Origin: an uncultured delta proteobacterium
Lineage (GTDB): Bacteria; Desulfobacterota; Desulfomonilia; UBA1062
Length of the DNA stretch: 64,000 nt
NCBI GenBank assembly: GCA_963798485.1
Contig: CAWCTR010000007.1
Span: 1-64,000 of the forward strand
Direction of reading: 5' to 3'
The notes beneath the pieces are model-generated. The model saw only the letters and a program-made list of their open reading frames with translations. It made no database searches and had not been told where the DNA came from. A program made the position numbers and the translations under genes. Positions 55,007 to 64,000 of the stretch are shown one piece after another. Positions within the stretch are counted from its first letter, which is position 1. Each line of letters opens with the position of its first letter.

Positions 55007-56884
55007 TCAGCTCTTCAGCGCCACACGAATGTGCAATTCCTTTAGCTGGTGCTCGCTTACCGAGGTGGGCGCGTCGGCCATCAGGTCGATCGCCTTTGCC
55101 GTCTTGGGGAACGCAATCACTTCGCGCAGGCTCGGCGCGCCGGCCAGCAACATCACGATTCGGTCAAGACCAAGGGCGATACCGCCGTGCGGCGGCGTGC
55201 CGTATTCCAACGCATCGAGAAAGAAGCCAAAACGCGCATGCGCTTCCTCGTCTGAGATTCCCAACGACTTGAAGATCTGCTGCTGCACGTCCTTGCGGTG
55301 AATACGAATCGAGCCCGAGCCCAGCTCCATGCCGTTCATGGCCAGGTCGTAGCAGTTGGCGCGCACGCTGGCAGGGTCGCTCACCAGGTTGGCCATGTCT
55401 GCCTCGTACGGTGAGGTAAATGGATGATGCGCAGGCACCCACTTGGCTGAGGCCAACTCGTACTCGAACATCGGGAAGTCGACGATCCAGATCGGATGGA
55501 AAGCAGTGCTGCCGTCCATCGGGTTTTGCGCGTTGCGCTCGTGCGCGTCCACAACCGTTTGCTCGGTCACGCCAAAGGCCCCGTGCCGGTCGGCATACTT
55601 CTTCGACAGCTCAGTGCGGAAGTTGCCCGCAGCCGAATAAACATTGATCTCGCGCTCGCTCAGCCGCCCTTCGAACTTGGTGTCGCTGGCCTTGACGTGA
55701 TGCGCCGGATCGCCAGCCACAACAATCACGAAATCGCCATCGGCCGCGCCGGCAAGCTCGCGCACCTTGGCCGCCGCTTCAGGGAAGCCCTTGGCGAGCC
55801 GCTTGAAGTCGTCGATGAACTTTGCGCCCTTCTTCTGATCGAAGAGCGGCCAATTGTCTTCGCGCTCTTTGCGGCTCAGTTCGCCAACCTTGGGAACGCG
55901 CAGTGCCACCACCGGAAGCGCTGGATCAATCTGCAATGTGGCAAGATTCTCATCCGTAAATGCAGGCCGCACGTCTGTCAATCCGGGCAGACGAAGGTCC
56001 GGCTTGTCGGTGCCGAACTGGCGCATCGCGTCGTCGTAGGTAATCCGCGGAAAGGGCGTAGGTATCGTGACGCCTGCGGCCTTGAAGCCCGCCGCCAGAA
56101 ACTGTTCCACCACGGCAAACACATCCTCGCGCCTAGGGAAGCTCATCTCCAGGTCAACCTGCGTGAACTCAAGCTGGCGGTCGGCGCGCAAATCCTCATC
56201 GCGGAAGCAGCGCGCAATCTGAAAGTAGCGATCGCAGCCCGAGATCATGAGAATCTGCTTGAAGATCTGCGGCGACTGCGGCAGCGCGTAGAATTCACCG
56301 GGATGCACGCGGCTGGGCACCAGGAAGTCGCGCGCGCCCTCTGGTGTTGACTTGGTCAGAATAGGCGTCTCGATCTCAAGAAAGCCCTGGTCACTCAGGC
56401 TCTCGCGGATGGCGAGTGTAATGTCGTGGCGCAGGCGGAAGTTGCGCTGCATCTCAGGACGGCGCAGATCAACATAGCGGTACTTGAGCCGGACTTCCTC
56501 GTTCTGGATGGCCTCTTCGGCAGGGGAAAACGGCGCCAGGCGCGCGTCGTTCAATACGAGCAGCTGGGTCGCCTCGATCTCGATTTCGCCGGTCGGCATT
56601 TTGGGATTGGTGGCGTCGGCGCCGCGCAGGCGCACCTTGCCCACGGCGGCAACCACGTATTCCGGCCGCACCTGCTCGCCCTTCAGATGACCTTCGGGAG
56701 TCAGTTCCTTGTCCAGAACAATCTGGGCGATTCCGGAGCGGTCGCGCAGATCGAGAAAGATCAGGTTGCCGTGGTCGCGGCGCCGGTTAACCCAGCCCAT
56801 CAATACCACTTGTTGCCCGGCGTTAGCGGCGCGCAAGTCGCCGCAATGATGCGTCCGTTCGAGACTGCCTAAAAAATCGAGCAC
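55007..56884 (-). CDS. aspS: Aspartate--tRNA ligase
   Basis: RRDHG, STPEGARDF, FRDEDLRADRQ, PPHGGIALGLDR. Confidence 0.98.
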   Translation of the reverse strand: MLDFLGSLERTHHCGDLRAANAGQQVVLMGWVNRRRDHGNLIFLDLRDRSGIAQIVLDKELTPEGHLKGEQVRPEYVVAAVGKVRLRGADATNPKMPTGEIEIEATQLLVLNDARLAPFSPAEEAIQNEEVRLKYRYVDLRRPEMQRNFRLRHDITLAIRESLSDQGFLEIETPILTKSTPEGARDFLVPSRVHPGEFYALPQSPQIFKQILMISGCDRYFQIARCFRDEDLRADRQLEFTQVDLEMSFPRREDVFAVVEQFLAAGFKAAGVTIPTPFPRITYDDAMRQFGTDKPDLRLPGLTDVRPAFTDENLATLQIDPALPVVALRVPKVGELSRKEREDNWPLFDQKKGAKFIDDFKRLAKGFPEAAAKVRELAGAADGDFVIVVAGDPAHHVKASDTKFEGRLSEREINVYSAAGNFRTELSKKYADRHGAFGVTEQTVVDAHERNAQNPMDGSTAFHPIWIVDFPMFEYELASAKWVPAHHPFTSPYEADMANLVSDPASVRANCYDLAMNGMELGSGSIRIHRKDVQQQIFKSLGISDEEAHARFGFFLDALEYGTPPHGGIALGLDRIVMLLAGAPSLREVIAFPKTAKAIDLMADAPTSVSEHQLKELHIRVALKS

Positions 56885-56896
56885 TACCTGTGTCCT

Positions 56897-58198
56897 TTAC
56901 TCGCCTGCTGGTTTTGAGAGGAATTCAGCCAGTTCCGTGCGAGGAACCTTGGTCTGTATGCCGGTGGCGAAGTTCTTCACTGTAAGGATACCGGATTGAA
57001 GCTCGTCTTCGCCCAGGATGACGATCGCGTGCGCCGACTTGTCGGCGGCTTCAAACGATTTCTTCAGACGAAAACCGCCTTCCCCCAGCTCGATCCATAG
57101 TCCCTGGTGGCGTAATTCGCGGGCCAGGACCAACGCAGCGGGATTGAGATTCTCGCCGAGTGGCGCAATAAACGCGTCAGCCACCTGCGGTGGGGCAGCC
57201 CCTCGGTTAAGTTGGCTCAGAAGTGTCAGGACAAGCCTGTCTTCCCCCATGGCAAAGCCGATGCCCGGCGCCTTTGGCCCTCCGATGGCCTCGCTGAGAC
57301 CGTCGTAGCGCCCTCCGCCCAGCAGCGCATTCTGCGCGCCCAGGCCGCCGTGGGTGAATTCGAAGGTGGTGCGCGTGTAGTAGTCCAAGCCGCGCACCAA
57401 CCGGTGATTGCGAGTGTAGGGCACGCCCGCCGCGTGAAGAGCCGCCAACACCGCGGCGAAGTGCGCCTTCGAAGCTTCGTCGAGCGAATCGGCGATGACC
57501 GGCAGTTTCTCGATGATCGGCTGGTCCGCGGGAACCTTGCAGTCCAGCACGCGCAACGGATTTGTCACGGCGCGCCGCTGGCAATCCGCACACATCTGCC
57601 CAACCACGGGCTCGAGTGCAGCGCGCAGAGTGTCGTTATAGCGGGCGCGGTCGGCTGCAGACCCCACAGAATTCAGTTCCAGCGTCCAGCCTGTAATTCC
57701 AAGCTCGTCGAGCAGGGTCGCCAGCATCTCCAGCACTTCGGCGTCGCGCACCGGACTCTCACTGCCTGCCGAAGGAGGGCCCAGCACCTCCGCGCCGATC
57801 TGCGAAAACTGCCGGTAGCGTCCCTTTTGCGGCCGCTCACGCCGAAACTGCGGGCCAATGTAGTAAAGCTTTTGCAACTGGCCGGTCTCGCCTAGCTGGT
57901 GCTCGATGTACGCGCGCACTACGCCGGCCGTGTTCTCCGGTCGAAGGGTCAGCATCTGTGTCTTCTCTGACTGCGCCCGAGCGCGATCCTCCCAGGTGTA
58001 CATCTCCTTCGAGACGATGTCGGTTTCTTCGCCCACGCCGCGGGCAAACAGCGCCGTGTCCTCGAAAATGGGGGTGCGAATTTCGCCAAAGTTGTAGCGG
58101 GCAAAAACGGCGCGCGCCGTCGCCTCAATGCGGTTCCAGAGGGCGGTTTCCGGCGGCAAAAGGTCGCGCGTGCCGCGCACGGCTTTCAGTGTGGCCAT
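56897..58198 (-). CDS. hisS: Histidine--tRNA ligase
   Basis: LRPENTA, RERPQKGRYRQF, LVRGLDYY, GGGRYDGL. Confidence 0.98.
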   Translation of the reverse strand: MATLKAVRGTRDLLPPETALWNRIEATARAVFARYNFGEIRTPIFEDTALFARGVGEETDIVSKEMYTWEDRARAQSEKTQMLTLRPENTAGVVRAYIEHQLGETGQLQKLYYIGPQFRRERPQKGRYRQFSQIGAEVLGPPSAGSESPVRDAEVLEMLATLLDELGITGWTLELNSVGSAADRARYNDTLRAALEPVVGQMCADCQRRAVTNPLRVLDCKVPADQPIIEKLPVIADSLDEASKAHFAAVLAALHAAGVPYTRNHRLVRGLDYYTRTTFEFTHGGLGAQNALLGGGRYDGLSEAIGGPKAPGIGFAMGEDRLVLTLLSQLNRGAAPPQVADAFIAPLGENLNPAALVLARELRHQGLWIELGEGGFRLKKSFEAADKSAHAIVILGEDELQSGILTVKNFATGIQTKVPRTELAEFLSKPAGE

Positions 58199-58262
58199 AA
58201 CTTATCTAGTTTAAATGGGCTGCTGGGCGGGGTCGACGAATGTGCGTGACCCTGCCCGAAAC

Positions 58263-59012
58263 CTACACTCCCAAAATCGAGTGCGCTAACTTCACCCACC
58301 ACGTGGAACTGCTCATCCATGTGTAGGTGACGACGGCTTGGACTGTGAACAATCCAGGCAGCGCGTTGATATAGACCCTATGCACGCGCCTGTTTACCAG
58401 AACATCGCGCAGGACGCCGAGGAGAATCACTCCATCCAGGCACGGGAAAAAGAGACCATGAAGGTAGAGATAGTCGAAGCGGCCAAAGGCTGCGTCGAGC
58501 AGTCCGCACGTGGCGATGAAGAGCAGCCGGCGGTGCAGTTCAGGTTTCCTGCGCCACAGAATCGCCAGCGAGAAGAAGATCCCAAACGCCAGCATGTCAA
58601 AGAACGGGACGATCAGAAAGGCATCTGCTCCCGGGATATGTTCCGCCGTGGTATCAAAGCGCCCCATCACGATGGAAGTGGTAATGCCGAGGGGCACCAT
58701 CACCGCACCCAGCGCGGCGCCGAACCAGCCGAAGAAGCGATGCCACTTCACGTTGTGCGTCCGCACGAGCGCCGACTGGAAGATGAAGAAACCGACCCAG
58801 CTGGTGAATGCAGCAGCATGGAACCAGAGAATCAGAGGCCGCGGAATCGATGGATGGAGCAGGTTGGCATCGATGGTAAGGCGGAAGCCCGACACCACGA
58901 TCCCCGCAATCAGCAGCGACATGGCGAAGTAGAAATATTTGTCGATGAGACCTTTAGGGCCTGTGATGGCGATCGGTCTCCCGGAGGCGACGCTTTGGGA
59001 AATTGAGCTCAT
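58263..59012 (-). CDS. Hypothetical polytopic membrane protein
   Basis: About seven TM segments with conserved-looking histidines (WHRFFG, ELHRRL, VHRVY). Confidence 0.75.
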   Translation of the reverse strand: MSSISQSVASGRPIAITGPKGLIDKYFYFAMSLLIAGIVVSGFRLTIDANLLHPSIPRPLILWFHAAAFTSWVGFFIFQSALVRTHNVKWHRFFGWFGAALGAVMVPLGITTSIVMGRFDTTAEHIPGADAFLIVPFFDMLAFGIFFSLAILWRRKPELHRRLLFIATCGLLDAAFGRFDYLYLHGLFFPCLDGVILLGVLRDVLVNRRVHRVYINALPGLFTVQAVVTYTWMSSSTWWVKLAHSILGV

Positions 59013-59178
59013 GGTTTGACCTCGGTCGTTCGCGACAAAGGGAAAGCTTGAGGGTGGGGCGCAGGGGAAACTGCCAAAGTCTAGCACGGCAGTTTCTTGC
59101 ATTCAACGGAAATAGCGAGCGGGAAACGAAGGTTCAGCGTGGAGGCAGCGGATAGGCCATCAGCAGGTCCATTTGGGG

Positions 59179-59210
59179 TTGACAAGCATAACTGAACGGT
59201 CCAGTATCAT
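59179..59210 (+). promoter_or_regulatory. Sigma70 promoter with TetR-type operator
   Basis: TTGACA (59179-59184) and imperfect palindrome ACTGAACGGTCCAGT (59191-59205). Confidence 0.6.
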
Positions 59211-59226
59211 TTCTCTGGAGGCCGCA

Positions 59227-60021
59227 ATGATTCGAGTGCAGAATCTGGTGAAGACATTCGGCACATTCACCGCTGTCGACGAAGTTTCGTTCGAGGTGGC
59301 GGAGGGCGAGATCTTCGCCTTCCTTGGACCCAATGGGGCGGGCAAGACGACCACTATCAAGATGCTGACGACTCTGCTGCATCCCACCAGCGGATCGATC
59401 GAACTCGACGGGCTCAATCCCGCGACCAACCAGAATGAGGCGCGCCGCCGCTTCGGCATCGTATTTCAGGATCCCAGCCTGGACGGCGACCTGACTGCAT
59501 GGGAAAACATGGAGATCCACGGCGTTCTCTACCATGTCCCCCACAAAGTGAGGCACCAGCGGATTGAAGCACTAATGAAGCAGTTCGAGCTATGGGATCG
59601 GCGCAAGGACCAGGTAAAGAAATTCTCCGGCGGCATGAAGCGGAGGCTTGAAATTGCGCGCGGGTTTCTGCATACGCCCAAGATTCTATTTCTCGATGAA
59701 CCGACACTCGGACTTGATCCGCAGAGCCGCAACCAGCTTTGGACGCACGTAAAGAAAGTGAATGAGGCAGAGAAGACCACGGTCTTTCTAACCACGCACT
59801 ACATGGACGAGGCGGATCGCGTCGCACACCGAGTTGGCGTGATTGATCATGGGAAACTGGTTGCCGTGGGAACGCCCGCCGAGCTTAAGGAAAAAACGAA
59901 GACAGAAAGCCTGGAAGAAGCATTTCTGGCGCTGACCGGCTCGAGTATTCGCGACGAGAGCGCCGGCTCGGCAGACCAGATGCGTCAGTTTGCAAAGATG
60001 TGGAGCGGAGGCAAGCGATGA
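59227..60021 (+). CDS. ABC exporter ATP-binding protein (DrrA-like)
   Basis: GPNGAGKTT, FSGGMKRRL, LDEPTLGLD. Confidence 0.95.
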   Translation: MIRVQNLVKTFGTFTAVDEVSFEVAEGEIFAFLGPNGAGKTTTIKMLTTLLHPTSGSIELDGLNPATNQNEARRRFGIVFQDPSLDGDLTAWENMEIHGVLYHVPHKVRHQRIEALMKQFELWDRRKDQVKKFSGGMKRRLEIARGFLHTPKILFLDEPTLGLDPQSRNQLWTHVKKVNEAEKTTVFLTTHYMDEADRVAHRVGVIDHGKLVAVGTPAELKEKTKTESLEEAFLALTGSSIRDESAGSADQMRQFAKMWSGGKR

Positions 60022-60764
60022 GCGTGATTTATATCTTGTGGCTGAGAGAAATGAAGCGCTATCTGCGCTCGCGCGTGCAGATCGTGGCTAGCTTGGGGCA
60101 GCCGATCCTGTATCTGATCGTGCTCGGGTTTGGGCTCGGGCCGGTGTTTCAACGCGCGGGTAATGGCAACTATCTCCAGTTCGTATCGCCCGGCGTGATC
60201 GGCATGACGGTGCTCTTCTCGTCGATCTTTTCGGGGCTCGGCCTGCTCTGGGACCGCCAGTTCGGCTTCCTGAAAGAAACCCTGGTCGCCCCCGTTCCCC
60301 GCTTGCAGATCATGATTGGTCGCACCCTTGGTGGCGCGACAGTGGCTGTGGTGCAAGGGCTGCTGGTGACGATCGTCTGCGTCATTGCAGGGTTCCGGCC
60401 GGTTCATCTGGCTACGGTTCCTCTGGCTCTGGGCTTCATGCTGCTGATTGCCACAGTCTTTGCCGGCCTGGGCGTGGCAGTGGGTTCCAGCCTGCAGGAC
60501 ATGCAGGGATTCCAGCTCATCATGAACTTTCTGGTGATGCCCCTCTTCTTTCTCTCTGGCGCACTTTTTCCGCTGGATGGATTGCCGAAGGCCCTCACAG
60601 CCGCAACCATGGTGGACCCTCTTTCCTACGGCGTCGACGGCATGCGAGCGATTCTGCTTGGACGGGCGCATTACGGCGCCATTATCGACTTCGAGGTAAT
60701 GGTTGTGATCGCAGCAGCCTTCATCCTGCTCGGTGCGTACCGTTTCTCAAAGATAGAGATCTAG
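60018..60764 (+). CDS. ABC-2 type permease
   Basis: DRQFGFLKETLVAP, FLSGALFP, PLSYGVDG. Confidence 0.93.
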   Translation: MSVIYILWLREMKRYLRSRVQIVASLGQPILYLIVLGFGLGPVFQRAGNGNYLQFVSPGVIGMTVLFSSIFSGLGLLWDRQFGFLKETLVAPVPRLQIMIGRTLGGATVAVVQGLLVTIVCVIAGFRPVHLATVPLALGFMLLIATVFAGLGVAVGSSLQDMQGFQLIMNFLVMPLFFLSGALFPLDGLPKALTAATMVDPLSYGVDGMRAILLGRAHYGAIIDFEVMVVIAAAFILLGAYRFSKIEI

Positions 60765-60767
60765 ACG

Positions 60768-61403
60768 ATGACCCGACCACGCAGCAAGGAAGCTCATGAA
60801 CGTGTGTTGCACGCCGCACTCAAGCTGTTCGGCGAGCGGGGCATTGACGCCACCAGCATGGACGCAATTGCTCATACCTCCGGCGTGAGCAAGGCGACAA
60901 TGTACAACCACTGGACGAGCAAGGAAGTCCTGCTGATGGACGTGATGCTGATGGTGAACGGTCTGGATCGCGATCCCGAGGACGTTGACTCTGGAGACCT
61001 GTGCCTTGACCTGGCGACCGTGCTTAGCCGCAGGCCGCCAGATCAGTTCGATTCCGCGCGGGAGCGGATGATGCCAACGATGATTGCGTACTCGGCGGTG
61101 CATCACGAGTTTGGCGAGGCATGGAGGCATCGTGTAATGGAGCCGACGCGCACCTGCCTGCGTCGCATTCTGCGGCGCGGCATCAACCGTGGCCTGCTCC
61201 CGGCGACACTCGACGCGGAGGCCGGCATTGTGCTTCTGCTGGGCCCTATGATCTATGGCCACGTCTTCCATCGAGAGGTGGCAAAGCGGCCATTCGATTT
61301 TGGGAAGCTGGCAGCGGAGTCCTTCTGGCGCGCGTATCGAGTGGAAGGTGAAAGCGGAAGAAAGATTGGTCGATCGAAACGCGCTCATGCGGAGCCACGC
61401 TAA
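60768..61403 (+). CDS. TetR/AcrR family regulator
   Basis: TSMDAIAHTSGVSKATMYNHW helix-turn-helix. Confidence 0.93.
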   Translation: MTRPRSKEAHERVLHAALKLFGERGIDATSMDAIAHTSGVSKATMYNHWTSKEVLLMDVMLMVNGLDRDPEDVDSGDLCLDLATVLSRRPPDQFDSARERMMPTMIAYSAVHHEFGEAWRHRVMEPTRTCLRRILRRGINRGLLPATLDAEAGIVLLLGPMIYGHVFHREVAKRPFDFGKLAAESFWRAYRVEGESGRKIGRSKRAHAEPR

Positions 61404-61441
61404 GGCTGCATCTTTGCGTCGAACCACGTATCCTATCTGCC

Positions 61442-62470
<1,029 letters not shown>

Positions 62471-62510
62471 GAGATTCATGAATCGTCGGATACCCGGCGC
62501 CTCTTGTTCC

Positions 62511-63440
62511 TCAATACTCCTCGTCCCCGCGCGCGACGAACCTGTGCCGATGGCGAAAAATGTAACGGCCAACGAGCCATCCGGCAGCAGATCCGACCAG
62601 CACGTCTGACGGGAAGTGCTGCTGGCCCAGAATGCGCGTAACGCTCACGCCGGCCGCCGCGGAATAAATGAACAACTGCGACCAGCGGGAAGGGTACTCT
62701 CCAGCGAGCACGGCCGCGGCCGACCAGGCAACAACGTTGTGCGATGACGGGAACGAAGAGTCAATTCCCGCGTCCGACTCAAAGAAATGCCCTCTGGCGC
62801 CGTCCTGGTTGGGCCGCTCGCGCCAGAAAATCAGCTTCATTCCCTGTTCCACGACCACGCTGTCAAGCATGGCTTCGCCGGTCAGGATGCCGGCCTCTGT
62901 TGCATGCGGATCCTGCTTGAAATGGCCCAGCCCATACAGTGCCACCGGCGTCGCAATAAAACCGCCGATCAGCATGTTCGATGCATCCGTGCTGTGCTGG
63001 TTCAGGCTTGCATTGATCGGCACCGCTTGCGTCATGGCGCGCGTGTCTGTTGCCATGGCCGCTCCGGTCGCAACGGCGAGCGGCAGAAGAAACTTCATGT
63101 CATCGCCGCTGATGCGGAACGGGCTGCTCCAGATGCCGCCCTGATCGTGCAGCAGATGCAGCGGCGTGTTGCGGAGTGTTACTGCGTCCGAGCCGTCGGT
63201 CCGGCCGCTCCGGATCTGACTGGTCTCAGAGGCCTGCGGCTGCGGAGCGTCGGGAACTTGCGCTGCGTCGCTGTCTTTCGCCGCTGCCTGCGCCTCGGCT
63301 GCGGCGCAGAGCGTAAACATTACAACGAATGCGAGCGCACCCCGCAAGCTGGACCGCTTGCGTTGGAAAAGCCTGAGTGCGAGGATCGCCAGCTTGCTTG
63401 AAATGGCCCACTCCAGAACTTGGATTTTGACTTCGAACAT
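62511..63440 (-). CDS. PAP2 family phosphatase
   Basis: K...RERP, SFPSSH, TRILGQQHFPSDV; start uncertain. Confidence 0.88.
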   Translation of the reverse strand: MFEVKIQVLEWAISSKLAILALRLFQRKRSSLRGALAFVVMFTLCAAAEAQAAAKDSDAAQVPDAPQPQASETSQIRSGRTDGSDAVTLRNTPLHLLHDQGGIWSSPFRISGDDMKFLLPLAVATGAAMATDTRAMTQAVPINASLNQHSTDASNMLIGGFIATPVALYGLGHFKQDPHATEAGILTGEAMLDSVVVEQGMKLIFWRERPNQDGARGHFFESDAGIDSSFPSSHNVVAWSAAAVLAGEYPSRWSQLFIYSAAAGVSVTRILGQQHFPSDVLVGSAAGWLVGRYIFRHRHRFVARGDEEY

Positions 63441-63493
63441 GAATAATTCTATGCGAGTGCACTCCGTGCGGCTGTCATCTGGCCGTCATCTCG

Positions 63494-64000
63494 TCAGCCT
63501 TGCGGTTCCTGCAGGTAGATCTCAACGTAGTCAAGGTAGTTCTTCGCGTATTCGCGAATCAGTTCGTAGTCCTTGTCGGTAATGTCGCGGCGCATTTTGG
63601 CGGGAACGCCAGCCCAGAGAGTGCGCGGCGGAACAATCGTGCCCTCGGCAACAACCGATCCCGCGGCAATGATGGAACCTGCGCCGATGCGGGAGTTGTT
63701 CAGCACGCGGGCGCCCATGCCGATGACCACCATGTCTTCCACGGTACAGCCATGGACGGTGGCGTTGTGTCCAATCGTCACCCAGTCACCGACGATCACG
63801 GGATAAAGGTTGCGCTGACCATGCAGAACCGCGCAGTCCTGCACATTGGAGCAGGCGCCCAGGCGGATCGAGTTGACGTCGCCTCGCAGAACGGCATTCA
63901 TCCACACCGAGGAGCGATCACCGACGATCACGTCCCCGATCAATTGGGCAGAGACGTCAATGTAACAACTTGGGGGAAACTGGGGCCGGTGTCCCTGGTA
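63494..64000 (-). CDS. Gamma carbonic anhydrase family protein (5' end outside window)
   Basis: LIGDV, LRGDVN, SNVQD.AVLH, TIGHNATVHGC hexapeptide repeats. Confidence 0.93.
   Translation of the reverse strand, partial: YQGHRPQFPPSCYIDVSAQLIGDVIVGDRSSVWMNAVLRGDVNSIRLGACSNVQDCAVLHGQRNLYPVIVGDWVTIGHNATVHGCTVEDMVVIGMGARVLNNSRIGAGSIIAAGSVVAEGTIVPPRTLWAGVPAKMRRDITDKDYELIREYAKNYLDYVEIYLQEPQG

Overview
The window is two unrelated sequences joined at about 22978. Left part (1-22978), moderate GC, reads like a methanogenic archaeon (Methanothrix-like; this is inference). It holds an IS66-family element inserted in the middle of a CRISPR repeat and a large array: 73 intact 36-bp repeats plus 1 partial, transcribed on the minus strand. 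A minus-strand cas locus follows: a stand-alone Csb2/Cas6-like gene, cmr1-cas10(cmr2)-cmr3-cmr4-cmr5-cmr6 (type III-B, HD-less Cas10 with intact GGDD), an unusual accessory cassette (CARF-wHTH, 2TM+HEAT protein, MNT, HEPN, Csx3 ring nuclease), a two-repeat degenerate mini-array, then type I-G-style cas4-cas1 fusion and cas2. A DUF790 gene truncated at its 5' end closes this part. Right part (22979-64000) is high-GC, Acidobacteriaceae-like housekeeping DNA (mutM, purA, folP, dacB, lipA, frr, gcvT, aspS, hisS and others) with many frameshifts that look like sequencing errors. The junction cuts two genes and is most likely an assembly chimera. Best candidate for a new system: the type III-B/I-G hybrid locus has cOA synthesis and a cA4 ring nuclease but no recognisable Csx1/Csm6/NucC/Can effector. 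In their place are a CARF-wHTH protein, a membrane HEAT protein and an MNT-HEPN pair, plus a 20-bp motif shared by two cas promoters. All calls are from motif recognition by eye; no searches were run.
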